NCBI GenBank assembly: GCA_002494205.1
Contig: DLBE01000020.1
Coordinates: 1-33,255 of the forward strand
Direction: 5' to 3'
From: Bacillales bacterium UBA7029
GTDB taxonomy: Bacteria > Bacillota_I > Bacilli_A > RFN20 > CAG-826
DNA: 33,255 nucleotides
Part shown: one piece after another, positions 8,969 through 19,111 of the stretch
Layout of the letters: each line of letters begins with the position of its first letter
Position numbering within the stretch: position 1 is the first letter of the stretch
The notes under the pieces: generated by a model
Told to the model about the DNA's origin: nothing
What the model saw: the letters and a program-made list of their open reading frames with translations, nothing else
Databases searched by the model: none
Translations under genes and position numbers: made by a program

Positions 8969-9642
8969 TGTTTAGTGTTACTTGGATTATTACCGTTGTC
9001 CTATACCTATTAAGTTTTTTAGGCATTGTTGTGAGCGCATTAATGTTTGCAAAACCAGTAGATGAATTGAAATTTTCTTTCATGAGAAATTTTCCATTTG
9101 AAGTTGGCCGTACTGCTGAAAATAATGCGAAAATATATAGTTTTTTCATATATTTATTCGCTGGATTGTGCTTTTCACCTCTTATAATAATTATGGGCGG
9201 AAAGAGTGATTTAGCTGCTCTTAAACCAATGTCTATTTTGACAACTTGTTGCTTAGGTTTGGCTGGTCTATGTTTTATATTTTTAAATATCTTTGATGTG
9301 ACTCACACCAAACCGCATATTTCTTTATTTACTGTTTTCTCAGCGCTTGTTATTTTGTCTGGTGGACTTGTGTTTGCAAGAGGTTTAACCTCCTACAAAG
9401 TTTATAGTGATCACGGACATAAAGAAATTGTATTTCTTGTGACTGAGATTCTTGCAGCAGTCAGTGTAGTTATAACTTTACTTTTACTTCTTAACCCAAA
9501 ATTAAAAACTTGGCCAAAACTTGATAATGTTGATGGGACCTATAAAAGACCAAAACGATTTGTTCTTGCTTATAGTGAATGGGGTCTATTAACTATTTTA
9601 TTTTTTAATGAATTAGTGTTTTTCGTCCAATTACTAAAGTAA
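8968..9642 (+). CDS. Multi-pass (about 6 TM) membrane protein of unknown function
   Basis: Six hydrophobic segments; TAATG coupling to rpe; followed by a terminator. Confidence 0.8.
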   Translation: MFSVTWIITVVLYLLSFLGIVVSALMFAKPVDELKFSFMRNFPFEVGRTAENNAKIYSFFIYLFAGLCFSPLIIIMGGKSDLAALKPMSILTTCCLGLAGLCFIFLNIFDVTHTKPHISLFTVFSALVILSGGLVFARGLTSYKVYSDHGHKEIVFLVTEILAAVSVVITLLLLLNPKLKTWPKLDNVDGTYKRPKRFVLAYSEWGLLTILFFNELVFFVQLLK

Positions 9643-9666
9643 GGTTAAAAAATGCTAAAAATTTGC

Positions 9667-9693
9667 GGGAATTCATAGGGATTTCCTTTTTTT
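9667..9693 (+). terminator. Intrinsic terminator ending the gmk...rpe operon
   Basis: GGGAATTC-ATAG-GGATTTCC stem (two G-U pairs) followed by T7. Confidence 0.6.
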
Positions 9694-9709
9694 ATACCAA
9701 TTTATAACT

Positions 9710-9739
9710 TTGATTTTTAATCATTTTCCTAATTATAAT
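9710..9739 (+). promoter_or_regulatory. Putative promoter for the ABC exporter pair
   Basis: TTGATT-18bp-TATAAT; AAGGAG at 9757-9762 (unusually far, 15 nt, from the ATG). Confidence 0.45.
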
Positions 9740-9777
9740 TTGTTTTACGTAGATAAAAGGAGTAAAATAACGGCACT

Positions 9778-10635
9778 ATGGTAGAAAGAGGTATCATCCG
9801 CGACAGAACTGTAGTTCTCGAACTAACAAGTCGCAATATTAAAAAGCAATATCGTGGATCTGTTCTAGGTGTGCTTTGGACAATCCTTAATCCACTTCTA
9901 ACAATGTTAGTTATGTGGTTTGTTTTTGATGCTATCTTTGGTAGAGGTCAGTATTACCCTTTATATCTTCTTTGTGGTAACGTTTTATTTACTGCCTTTA
10001 GAACTTGTACAACAAACTCATTAACAAGCATTCAACAAAATAGAAACTCAATGCTAAGAACAAAAATACACGCTTATGTTTTTCCTTGTTCACTAGCATT
10101 TACCAGTTTAATTAATTTCTCTTTAACTTTAGTTGCGTTGATTCCATTTATGATATGGAAGACTGTAGCACTCGGAATTAATTTGTTTACCTGGAGACTT
10201 GTTTTCGTTATCATCATGCTTCCAGCATTCTGGTTATTCACTTATGGAATTAGCATATTGCTTGCAGTTCTTTATGTCTTCTTTAGAGACTTAAAGAATA
10301 TCTATCAAGTTTTCGTTCTTTTGTGGCAATATTTAACTCCGATTTTTTACACATTAGATACAATGGCAGCGAAAAAGTCAGGATTTGCTCCGATTGCCAT
10401 TAAAGCTATAAAACTTAATCCTATGTTCCATTTCACCACCTATTTTAGACAGTGTGTTTATTTAGGGGCTACAGGACTTGATATATTTAATGTCGGTGCA
10501 GAGGCAAATGTCGCAAAAGCATATATACCAAATTTAGGAACACTTGGAATCTTATACGCCTGTGGCATTGTCGCTACTTTAATTGGCGTTGGTGTTTACG
10601 AGCTTATGAAAGATAAGATGATGGTGAGGTTATAA
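9778..10635 (+). CDS. ABC-2 polysaccharide/teichoic acid exporter permease (Wzm/TagG/RgpC-like)
   Basis: YRGSVLGVLWTILNPL, FFRDL, YLTPIFY, LNPM motifs typical of Wzm; six TM segments. Confidence 0.88.
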   Translation: MVERGIIRDRTVVLELTSRNIKKQYRGSVLGVLWTILNPLLTMLVMWFVFDAIFGRGQYYPLYLLCGNVLFTAFRTCTTNSLTSIQQNRNSMLRTKIHAYVFPCSLAFTSLINFSLTLVALIPFMIWKTVALGINLFTWRLVFVIIMLPAFWLFTYGISILLAVLYVFFRDLKNIYQVFVLLWQYLTPIFYTLDTMAAKKSGFAPIAIKAIKLNPMFHFTTYFRQCVYLGATGLDIFNVGAEANVAKAYIPNLGTLGILYACGIVATLIGVGVYELMKDKMMVRL

Positions 10636-10637
10636 TT

Positions 10638-11426
10638 ATGAGAAAAGAGAAACTACCACCATTAGAATTAGCGGAAGATGAATTAGTTAACGTCGAAAGT
10701 ATTTCGATGAACTTTTCATTACATGAAAGAAAATACACAACTCTTAAAGAAAGATTGATATCACTTTTAAGATTTAAAAAGAATCCTATTCAAGAAATTA
10801 ATGTTCTTGATGATGTAAGTTTTAAAATTAAAAAAGGTGAATCGCTTGGTGTTATTGGCCATAACGGTGCAGGTAAATCAACTCTTTTAAGAATTGTTGC
10901 TGGTATTTATAAACCTACAAAAGGAAGAATTGCTACTAAAGGTCATATTGCTTTACTTAACCTTGGTGCTGGTTTCGATCCTGAAGGTAGTGGAGAAGAA
11001 AATATCTACCTCAATGGTGCTTTCTTAGGTTTACATAAGAAACAAATGAAAGAAAGATACGAAAATATTGTTGAATTTGCGGAACTTGGCAAATTTATGC
11101 AACTTCCTTTGAAGAACTATTCTTCAGGTATGATTTCTAGACTTGGTTTTGCAATTGCAATTGAAACAAGTCCTGACTTAATGCTTGTTGATGAAGTTTT
11201 GTCTGTCGGTGATGAAAACTTCAGAAATAAATGTCTAGAAAAGATTAAAGAATTAAAAGAAATTGGAACAAGTTTCTTGTTTGTCTCTCATAATATCAAT
11301 CAAGTTAAGATGATTTGTGAAAATACTATCTGGATTGAAAACTCTAAAGTAATGGGCTATGGTCCAACTGAAGAAATAACAGAGAAATATCTTGAATATT
11401 GTGCAAAATTGCCAAAAAAGAAATAA
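10638..11426 (+). CDS. ABC polysaccharide exporter ATPase (Wzt/TagH/RgpD-like), no C-terminal carbohydrate-binding domain
   Basis: Walker A GHNGAGKST, Wzt-type signature YSSGM, DEVLSVGD, VSH switch. Confidence 0.9.
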   Translation: MRKEKLPPLELAEDELVNVESISMNFSLHERKYTTLKERLISLLRFKKNPIQEINVLDDVSFKIKKGESLGVIGHNGAGKSTLLRIVAGIYKPTKGRIATKGHIALLNLGAGFDPEGSGEENIYLNGAFLGLHKKQMKERYENIVEFAELGKFMQLPLKNYSSGMISRLGFAIAIETSPDLMLVDEVLSVGDENFRNKCLEKIKELKEIGTSFLFVSHNINQVKMICENTIWIENSKVMGYGPTEEITEKYLEYCAKLPKKK

Positions 11427-11456
11427 GAAAAAGTCCTTCGATTGAAGGACTTTTCT
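11426..11456. terminator. Bidirectional intrinsic terminator between wzt and rpmB
   Basis: AAAAGTCCTTC-GATT-GAAGGACTTTT between convergent genes. Confidence 0.85.
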
Positions 11457-11473
11457 AAAAGAAAACTTACTAA

Positions 11474-11662
11474 TTACTTAGCGTTTTTCATTAAGGCACG
11501 ATGTGCTCTTGCTGTCATTTTAACAGTAACCATTTTGCCATTAATGTTGATTTTATATTTTTGAAGATTTGCGTTCCAAACTCTACGGGTTGCAATCATT
11601 GAATGTGAACGTGCATTTCCGCTTTTTGGACCAACGCCTGATATTTGACAAACTCTTGACAT
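11474..11662 (-). CDS. rpmB: 50S ribosomal protein L28
   Basis: MSRVCQISG...GNARSHS...TRRVWNANLQ; SD GAGG upstream. Confidence 0.96.
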   Translation of the reverse strand: MSRVCQISGVGPKSGNARSHSMIATRRVWNANLQKYKININGKMVTVKMTARAHRALMKNAK

Positions 11663-11693
11663 AACTTTTCCTCTTTTCTAAAAAGCGAGATAT

Positions 11694-11722
11694 ATTGTAG
11701 CAAATGAAAGTATTGATGTAAA
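11694..11722 (-). promoter_or_regulatory. sigmaA promoter for rpmB
   Basis: Minus strand TTTACA-17bp-TACAAT with extended TG. Confidence 0.7.
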
Positions 11723-11733
11723 TAATTAAATTT

Positions 11734-12201
11734 TTACATCTTTGTATTAGGAAAACGTCTTAAAAATTCTTCCTTCGAAATTAAAGGGCACTTATCAAGT
11801 GCGATTTTATATATTTCCCAATCCTTATCAAAAATTAAAAGATGTTCTTTTCCTTCTTTAGTGAAAAAACGCATCATTTTCTTTTTTTCTGAAAATTCTT
11901 GGTCAATATAAATGATGTTATTGAATGTGTATTCGACAACTTTCCCCATCTTTGAATGAATGAAAGTTGCTCCTTGGATTTCGTAGTAGGTTTGCTTAAG
12001 CGAAATGATTCCAAAAATGATAGAAGCAGCTAATAAAGCTGGAGTGTAAAAATAGAATGATTTATCTGGTGGGAAAAATTTACCATTTGCTCCCTGAAAA
12101 GAGACATAAAAAACAATCTCAAAAACAACAAAAGCAATTGCGAAAATTTTCACAATTCTCCATGGATTCATTTTCAATTTTTTAGGATCTTTTTTGCTCA
12201 T
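11734..12201 (-). CDS. Membrane protein: 2 TM helices plus a C-terminal beta-rich (possibly PH-like) domain
   Basis: Two hydrophobic helices then YYEIQGATFIHSKMGKVVEYTFNNIIYID; ATG at 12201 (in-frame TTG at 12204 is an alternative); TG-G-TAAAAT just upstream. Confidence 0.75.
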   Translation of the reverse strand: MSKKDPKKLKMNPWRIVKIFAIAFVVFEIVFYVSFQGANGKFFPPDKSFYFYTPALLAASIIFGIISLKQTYYEIQGATFIHSKMGKVVEYTFNNIIYIDQEFSEKKKMMRFFTKEGKEHLLIFDKDWEIYKIALDKCPLISKEEFLRRFPNTKM

Positions 12202-12256
12202 CAAAAATGTATTTTACCAAATTATTAATTTGTTTGGTTTATTAATTTCTCCATTG

Positions 12257-12265
12257 TGTTAGAAT
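12257..12265 (+). promoter_or_regulatory. Extended -10 promoter for the glg-leuS operon
   Basis: TG-T-TAGAAT; SD GAGG before ATG 12319. Confidence 0.5.
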
Positions 12266-12318
12266 ATTAATGTTTATTGGACAAAATTAAATTCAATAAA
12301 ATTTAAGAGGTTACAAAT

Positions 12319-13449
12319 ATGGGCAAGAAAATTGTTGCAATGATTCTCGCAGGAGGAAAAGGAACTCGATTACTTGACCTTACCGAGAAAGTTGCTAAAC
12401 CAGCAGTTAGTTTCGGTGGCAAATATAGAATTATCGATTTCCCATTATCAAACTGTGCTAATTCTGGCATTAATACTGTAGGTGTTTTGACTCAGTATGA
12501 GTCGGTGTTACTAGATGAATACATCGGAAATGGTGAAAAATGGGGTTTGAATGGTGTTCATTCATTAACTACAACATTAGCACCTAGACAAACCGATAAA
12601 GGAATGGCGTGGTACACAGGTACTGCAAATGCTATTTACGAAAATTTAGAGTTTTTAGATTCTACTGAACCCGATTATGTTTTGATTCTTTCAGGTGATC
12701 ACATTTATTCCACAACATTTAATGATATGGAATTACTTCATTCTGAATCGAAAGCTGATTTAACAATTGCTGTTTACCCAGTTCCATGGGAAGAGGCACA
12801 TCGTTTTGGAATTTTGGTTGCAGATAAAAAAGGAAAGATTGTTGAATTCCAAGAAAAACCTGCAAATCCAACATCCAATTTAGCATCAATGGGAATTTAT
12901 ATGTTCAAATATGATGTTCTTAAAGATGCTTTAATTAGAGACGCGAAAAATCCAAAATCAGAACATGACTTTGGTAAAAATGTCATTCCAATGCTTTTAG
13001 GCGAAGGCAAAAAGCTTATGGCTTATAAATATGAAGGGTATTGGAAAGATGTCGGAACTGTTTCTTCATTACATGAAGCAAACATGGACCTTCTTCCATC
13101 AAATAAGAACTTATCTTTAGAAAAGATATTTAACGGAAATGTTATTTATTCAGAGGATTATTCAGCTGCCCCTCAATTTGTTTCTAGATACGCTAAAATT
13201 AAAGATGCATTGATTAATCAAGGAGCATTTATTTATGGTGAAGTTACTCATTCAGTAATTTCTAATGGCGTTTATATCGAACGTGGGGCAGTAGTTGAAA
13301 ATTCTGTCGTTATGGCAGGCGCCGAAATTTGTAAAGGCGCTGTTGTGCGTAACGCTGTTATAGGTCCAAATGCATTCGTAAAAGAAGGTAAGAAGATTGT
13401 GGGCACTAGTAAAGAAATTGCCCTTTTCGTTGAAAAGGAGGAAAAATAA
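12319..13449 (+). CDS. glgC: Glucose-1-phosphate adenylyltransferase, catalytic subunit
   Basis: LAGGKGTRL, AKPAVSFGGKYRIIDFPLSNC, GTANAIY, LSGDHIY, FQEKP, ASMGIY, DFGKNVIP, YWKDVGT. Confidence 0.97.
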   Translation: MGKKIVAMILAGGKGTRLLDLTEKVAKPAVSFGGKYRIIDFPLSNCANSGINTVGVLTQYESVLLDEYIGNGEKWGLNGVHSLTTTLAPRQTDKGMAWYTGTANAIYENLEFLDSTEPDYVLILSGDHIYSTTFNDMELLHSESKADLTIAVYPVPWEEAHRFGILVADKKGKIVEFQEKPANPTSNLASMGIYMFKYDVLKDALIRDAKNPKSEHDFGKNVIPMLLGEGKKLMAYKYEGYWKDVGTVSSLHEANMDLLPSNKNLSLEKIFNGNVIYSEDYSAAPQFVSRYAKIKDALINQGAFIYGEVTHSVISNGVYIERGAVVENSVVMAGAEICKGAVVRNAVIGPNAFVKEGKKIVGTSKEIALFVEKEEK

Positions 13450-13450
13450 G

Positions 13451-14557
13451 ATGGCAAAGGTCGTTGGTTACGTTAATCTTTATGATTCACCAAGTTTAGG
13501 TGGATTGTCTAAAAACAGAACTCCTGCTTCAACATCATTTGTTGGGCGTTATGCTTTAATTGATTTTGCTTTGTCTAATTTCGCAAATTCCAATATTAAT
13601 AATATTAATATTTTGGTTAAAGATAATTTTAGATCTGTTGCAAAGCACTGTGGTTCTTTGAAGAATTGGGCGAGTAACACTAAAATTGGGAAACAAAATT
13701 ATTTAGTAAATGAGAAAGGTTTAGCGGATCCAGATTTTAACTCAGACTTAAATTCTTTAAGAGAAAATGACTGGGTTTTATTTGATACAAATGCTGACTT
13801 TATAGTCATTCAACCTGCTCATATTCTCACAAAAATTGATATTGCTGATTTAGTAAGAACACACCAAAAATCAGGCGCAGCCATAACAATGGCTTATACA
13901 AAAATTAAAGATGGTGATGAAGCTTTCTTAACAAGCACTGTATTGGAGCTTGAAGGAGATAAGGTTGTTTCATCACTTAATAATGATGGCAAAAAGAAAG
14001 AAGTCAATGTTTCTTTAAGAACTTATGTATTCTCTAGAGAATGCTTTGAGAGAATGCTAAGACATAAAGACTATCGAAAAGCACTCTCTCTAAGAGCTCT
14101 TATTAATCACATTGTTAATGAGCATTCTGAAGATGTTAGAGGGTATAAATACGAAGGATACGCAAGATGTTTTGATTCACTTGAACATTTTGTTCAATAT
14201 TCATTTGAATTATTTGATCCAAAAATTGCCAAAACACTTTTTAGAAATGGTGGTCGTGCATTTACAATTTCTCGAAATACGCCTCCTGCATCATATGGTG
14301 AACACGCAGATGTAAGAGAATCTTTTATTGCTAATGGTGTACAAGTTGACGGCAAAGTTGAACACTCAATTATTTCTCGTTACGTAAAAATAGAAGATGG
14401 TGCATCAATTAAAAATTCAATCATCTTAACAAGATGTGTAATAAAAAAAGGCGCTGTTATTGAAAACGCCGTAGTAGATAAATACTCCACTATTTCGGGA
14501 GAAGTGAAAGGAACAGAATCTGAGATTTTGTTTGTAAAACAAGGAAGTAAAAAATGA
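13451..14557 (+). CDS. glgD: Glucose-1-phosphate adenylyltransferase, GlgD subunit
   Basis: GlgC paralogue with degenerate catalytic motifs (RTPASTSFVGRYALIDFALSN) and C-terminal beta-helix; SD AAGGAGG before ATG 13451. Confidence 0.88.
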   Translation: MAKVVGYVNLYDSPSLGGLSKNRTPASTSFVGRYALIDFALSNFANSNINNINILVKDNFRSVAKHCGSLKNWASNTKIGKQNYLVNEKGLADPDFNSDLNSLRENDWVLFDTNADFIVIQPAHILTKIDIADLVRTHQKSGAAITMAYTKIKDGDEAFLTSTVLELEGDKVVSSLNNDGKKKEVNVSLRTYVFSRECFERMLRHKDYRKALSLRALINHIVNEHSEDVRGYKYEGYARCFDSLEHFVQYSFELFDPKIAKTLFRNGGRAFTISRNTPPASYGEHADVRESFIANGVQVDGKVEHSIISRYVKIEDGASIKNSIILTRCVIKKGAVIENAVVDKYSTISGEVKGTESEILFVKQGSKK

Positions 14558-15960
14558 AAATTGTAATGGTTGCAAGCGAGTGCAATCCACTTTGTAAGAC
14601 TGGTGGTCTCGCTGATGTTATTTATTCTTTATCTCGTGAGCTTGTAAATAATGGTCACGAAGTATTCGTGTTTTTGCCATATTACAAACTTTTAAAAAAT
14701 AAAGGAATAAAGGCAGAATACCAATATTACGATTACATTGAAATGTCTTGGAGACATCAATACGTCGGAGTTTTTAACTACGAAATTGATGGAATTAAAT
14801 TTAAACTAATTGATTCAGAACAATATTTTGGTAGAGATAATCTTTATGGTTATAACGATGACGGCGAAAGATTCGCCTATTTCTCAATCGCAGTTCAAAA
14901 GATTATTCATCGCGAAAACATGCGACCTGATATTGTACATGTACATGACTGGCAGCCAGGAATGCTTCCTGCACTTATGAAAGGCGCTCCTCTAGATGAT
15001 TGGAAAACACATTTTGTTCTTACAATTCATAATGCCGCATTTAAAGGTTATTTAGATAGATATGCACTTGGAGATTTATATAATCTCAGCGATGATATGT
15101 ATGATTCTGGCGCGGTAAGACTTGAAGGAATGGTGTCAACACTAAAAGCCGCTATCTATTTCTGTGACAAAGTCACAACAGTTTCTCCAACATATCGTGA
15201 AGAGATGTTAACTAAAGACTTATCTCAAGGACTAAGTGAAGTCTTAGAATTTAGAAGAGACGACTTTGCAGGAGTAGTAAACGGAATTGATGTTAAAGAA
15301 TTTGACCCCGCTAATGATAAGAAAATAATTAAAAATTATTCGGAAAAAGCATATAAAACTGGCAAGAAAGCTTGCAAAAATGATTTGTTAAATTTCTTCC
15401 ATCTTCCAAATAAAGATAGACCAACATTTGGTTTGGTATCTCGACTTACATGGCAAAAAGGAATTAGTTTAATTCTTCAAAATTCTCAATACATGCTTGA
15501 TAGAGGAGCGAATATTGTCATTCTCGGTAGTGGGGAATCTAATCTAGAAGTTGGTTTCCAAAGTCTAAGAGACGCTCATCCAGATCAAGTTGGAATTTAT
15601 ATCGGTTATTCGGATGACATTGCTCATAAGATCTATGCCGGTAGTGACTTCTTCTTAATGCCATCTCTATTTGAACCTTGCGGTATCGGGCAATTGATTG
15701 CCCAACGATATGGAACTCTTCCAATCGTAAGAGAAACTGGTGGTTTAAAAGATACGGTTCACCCAGAAGTTGATGGATTTACATTTTATAGCTTTGATCC
15801 AGCTAGTATGAAAGGTGCATTAGATGTTGCCTTTGGTTACTACTACGAAAACAAAGATGGCTTAGACAAAATGATAAAAAATGCTCTTAAACTTGATAGA
15901 AGTTGGGGTGAATCTATGAATAGATATTTAGGAATTTATAAGGATGCGATGAGAAAATGA
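14554..15960 (+). CDS. glgA: Glycogen synthase
   Basis: [47 protein letters not shown]. Confidence 0.97.
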   Translation: MKIVMVASECNPLCKTGGLADVIYSLSRELVNNGHEVFVFLPYYKLLKNKGIKAEYQYYDYIEMSWRHQYVGVFNYEIDGIKFKLIDSEQYFGRDNLYGYNDDGERFAYFSIAVQKIIHRENMRPDIVHVHDWQPGMLPALMKGAPLDDWKTHFVLTIHNAAFKGYLDRYALGDLYNLSDDMYDSGAVRLEGMVSTLKAAIYFCDKVTTVSPTYREEMLTKDLSQGLSEVLEFRRDDFAGVVNGIDVKEFDPANDKKIIKNYSEKAYKTGKKACKNDLLNFFHLPNKDRPTFGLVSRLTWQKGISLILQNSQYMLDRGANIVILGSGESNLEVGFQSLRDAHPDQVGIYIGYSDDIAHKIYAGSDFFLMPSLFEPCGIGQLIAQRYGTLPIVRETGGLKDTVHPEVDGFTFYSFDPASMKGALDVAFGYYYENKDGLDKMIKNALKLDRSWGESMNRYLGIYKDAMRK

Positions 15961-18359
15961 GTTACGATCACAAGAAAATAGAACAAAAATGGTTAAAGAT
16001 ATACGAAGACAAAAAGCCGTTTTATTGTGATGTCTACGATTTTTCTAAACCAAAATACTATGTATTAGACATGTTCCCTTATCCTTCAGGACAAGGTTTA
16101 CATGTCGGACACCCTTTAGGTTATACCGCTAGTGATGTAGTCGCTAGAATGAAAAGAATGCAAGGATTTAATGTCCTTCATCCAATGGGATATGATGCTT
16201 TTGGTCTTCCTGCAGAGCAATATGCTATTGCAAACAACAAGCACCCATACGAATTTACAAAGAAAAACATTGATCACTTTAGACAGCAAATTAAAGCCCT
16301 AGGTTTTTCTTATGATTGGAGCAAGGAAATTGCGACATGCGAACCAGAATATTATAAGTGGACTCAGTGGATTTTCTCTTTGTTGTACAAAGAAGATTTG
16401 GCATATGTTTCAAATATTCCTGTTAATTTCTGTCCAGAACTTGGCACAGTTTTAGCAAACGAAGAAGTTATTGATGGTAAATCTGAACGTGGTGGTTATC
16501 CAGTTATTAAGATGCCAATGAGACAATGGGTTTTACGTATTACTAAATATGCAGATAAACTTATTGATTCATTAGACACATTGGATTGGCCAAAATCAAC
16601 TCTTGTAATGCAAAAAAACTGGATTGGTAAATCTTTAGGTGCTGAAATTAATTTTAAAGTTGATGGAAGTGATGAAAAGTTCACTGTTTTTACTACACGT
16701 GCAGACACATTATTTGGCTGTACATATTGTTGCTTAGCACCTGAACATCCACTTGTTAAAAAGCTTGCTTCAAAAGAGCAACTACCAAAGGTAGAAGAAT
16801 ACATTAGACAAGTTCAATCTAAATCCGATATGGAAAGAACTGAACTTAATAAAGACAAAACTGGTGTATTTATTGGAGCTTATGCGATTAACCCAATTAA
16901 TGGCAAAAAAGTACCTATATTTGCAGCCGATTATGTCCTTTATGGATATGGTAGCGGTGCCGTTATGGCGGTTCCTGCTCACGATCAAAGAGACTATGAA
17001 TTCGCAAAGAAACATGGACTTGAAATGATCCAAGTTCTCAAAGGTGATATTTCTGAAAAAGCAATGGAAGAAGACGCTAAACACATTAATTCCAGTTTTG
17101 CTAATGGTTTAAATATTAAAGACGCCAAGAAAGCTATCATTTCAAAGCTTGAAGAAATGGGTGCTGGAAAACTAAAAGTTAACTATAAGTTAAGAGACTG
17201 GATTTTCTCAAGACAAAGATATTGGGGAGAGCCAATTCCTGTAGTCACTTTTAATGATGGCTCAACATATTGCTATGGTAAGGATGAACTTCCATTAACT
17301 TTACCTGAACTTGATAAATATGCTCCAAGTGGTGATGGAAAATCACCTCTTGCTAATGCAAAAGAATGGTTAAATGTAGAAATTAATGGTAAAAAAGGCG
17401 AAAGAGAAACTAACACAATGCCTCAATGGGCTGGTTCGTGTTGGTATTATATTCGTTATTTAGATCCACATAATTCAAATGCAATTGCAGATGAAAAATT
17501 AATTAAACATTGGTTACCAGTTGATCTTTATATTGGTGGTGCAGAACATGCTGTTCTTCATTTACTCTATGCAAGATTCTGGCATAAGTTCTTATTTGAT
17601 CAAAAAGTTGTTTTCTGCGATGAACCATTTAAGAAATTATTCCATCAAGGAATGATTTTAGGCGAAAACGGAGAAAAGATGTCTAAGAGCCGCGGTAACG
17701 TAGTTAATCCAGATGATATTATTAGAGACTATGGCGCTGATTCCCTTAGATTATTTGAGATGTTTGCTGGACCTCTAGAAGAAGGCTTTGCATGGTCTAC
17801 AACTGGTTTAGGTGGTGCTCGAAGATTTATTGAACGTGTTCATAGGCTATATACTGATCCAGAATTTACAGGACGTTTCAGCGATGAAAACTCTGGTGAA
17901 TTAGACTATGTCTATAACGCCACAGTTAAGAAAGTTACTGCTGACTTTGAATCACTTCAAATCAACACCGGCATTGCTCAAATGATGATTTTTGTGAATG
18001 CTTTATTTAAAGCAAAATCACTTTATAAGCCATATATGGTTAACTTCTTAAAGATGTTTAGTTGTGTGTGCCCATTTGTTGGCGAAGAGTTATTTGAACT
18101 CACAACTGGTAAACAACTTATCACTTATGAAAATTGGCCAGTTTGTGACGAGTCAAAACTTGTTTTGAATACTGTTAAAATCGCTGCTTCAGTATGCGGC
18201 AAACTTAGAGATACATTTGAAGCAAGTGTTGATGCAAGTGAAGAAGAACTTACAAAACTTGCCTTACAATGTGAAGGCGTTAAACGTCACACAGAAGGAA
18301 AAGAAATCAAACGCGTAATTGTTGTTAAAGGAAAAATCGTAAACATTATTGCTGTCTAA
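15957..18359 (+). CDS. leuS: Leucine--tRNA ligase
   Basis: [16 protein letters not shown]1 editing motif [32 protein letters not shown]. Confidence 0.98.
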   Translation: MSYDHKKIEQKWLKIYEDKKPFYCDVYDFSKPKYYVLDMFPYPSGQGLHVGHPLGYTASDVVARMKRMQGFNVLHPMGYDAFGLPAEQYAIANNKHPYEFTKKNIDHFRQQIKALGFSYDWSKEIATCEPEYYKWTQWIFSLLYKEDLAYVSNIPVNFCPELGTVLANEEVIDGKSERGGYPVIKMPMRQWVLRITKYADKLIDSLDTLDWPKSTLVMQKNWIGKSLGAEINFKVDGSDEKFTVFTTRADTLFGCTYCCLAPEHPLVKKLASKEQLPKVEEYIRQVQSKSDMERTELNKDKTGVFIGAYAINPINGKKVPIFAADYVLYGYGSGAVMAVPAHDQRDYEFAKKHGLEMIQVLKGDISEKAMEEDAKHINSSFANGLNIKDAKKAIISKLEEMGAGKLKVNYKLRDWIFSRQRYWGEPIPVVTFNDGSTYCYGKDELPLTLPELDKYAPSGDGKSPLANAKEWLNVEINGKKGERETNTMPQWAGSCWYYIRYLDPHNSNAIADEKLIKHWLPVDLYIGGAEHAVLHLLYARFWHKFLFDQKVVFCDEPFKKLFHQGMILGENGEKMSKSRGNVVNPDDIIRDYGADSLRLFEMFAGPLEEGFAWSTTGLGGARRFIERVHRLYTDPEFTGRFSDENSGELDYVYNATVKKVTADFESLQINTGIAQMMIFVNALFKAKSLYKPYMVNFLKMFSCVCPFVGEELFELTTGKQLITYENWPVCDESKLVLNTVKIAASVCGKLRDTFEASVDASEEELTKLALQCEGVKRHTEGKEIKRVIVVKGKIVNIIAV

Positions 18360-19111
18360 TGAATAACAAAGTTTTAATTATTGATATCGGAAATACATCG
18401 ACTGATTTTGCAGTCTTTGAAAATGGAAATTTAAAGGATTTCCTAGGGTTTTTTCGACTTCCACTAGAAATTAATAAGGCAAAAGAAGCACTAAATTCAT
18501 ATAAAAAAAGTGGCGGTTTTATTGATGATGGAGTGATTTTTTCTGTTGTTCCGAATAACGATGAAGCTGTTCAAAAATTGGTAAAAGAAGTTTTTGATAA
18601 AGATATAAAAGTTTTTGATTGGAAACATTATAAACTTGCAAAGAAACTTCCAGTTATTAAAGAAGCAATTGGTGCAGATCTTTTAGCAGATTTAAGGCAA
18701 GCAGATGTTGAATATGGTGGACCATGTTTAATTGCAGATTTTGGAACTGTAACAAAATTACTTCAAACTGATAAAGATGGGAATTTCATTGGATTGTCTT
18801 TCATACCAGGTATTGAAATTTCGCTCAAACTATTTAGTCAAAATACTGCTTTGCTTCCAGAATTTAATAAATTTCGAGTTAACAAAAATCGCTTAGGTTT
18901 AAATACTTTTGAATCAATGAATCATGGGATTTATTATTCAACTGTTTACTATGTAAAAGAAGTATTTAAAAACCTAAAAGAACCTAACACTAAACTAATT
19001 ATTACTGGCGGAAATGCCCGCTATATCAAAGATGAATTTAAAGATGCAATTATTGACCAAGAACTAACCTTAAAAGGAATGTATGTTTTATACAAGGAGA
19101 TGAGCAAATGA
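18359..19111 (+). CDS. coaX: Type III pantothenate kinase
   Basis: IDIGNT, SVVP, GAD(L), DFGT, TALLP, TGG motifs. Confidence 0.85.
   Translation: MNNKVLIIDIGNTSTDFAVFENGNLKDFLGFFRLPLEINKAKEALNSYKKSGGFIDDGVIFSVVPNNDEAVQKLVKEVFDKDIKVFDWKHYKLAKKLPVIKEAIGADLLADLRQADVEYGGPCLIADFGTVTKLLQTDKDGNFIGLSFIPGIEISLKLFSQNTALLPEFNKFRVNKNRLGLNTFESMNHGIYYSTVYYVKEVFKNLKEPNTKLIITGGNARYIKDEFKDAIIDQELTLKGMYVLYKEMSK

Noticed and set aside
11474-11662. L28 (and S4) lacking full zinc-ribbon cysteines as a zinc-starvation paralogue
   Set aside because: Cys-poor forms are the ordinary type in Bacilli at these loci; no Zur-like box recognised
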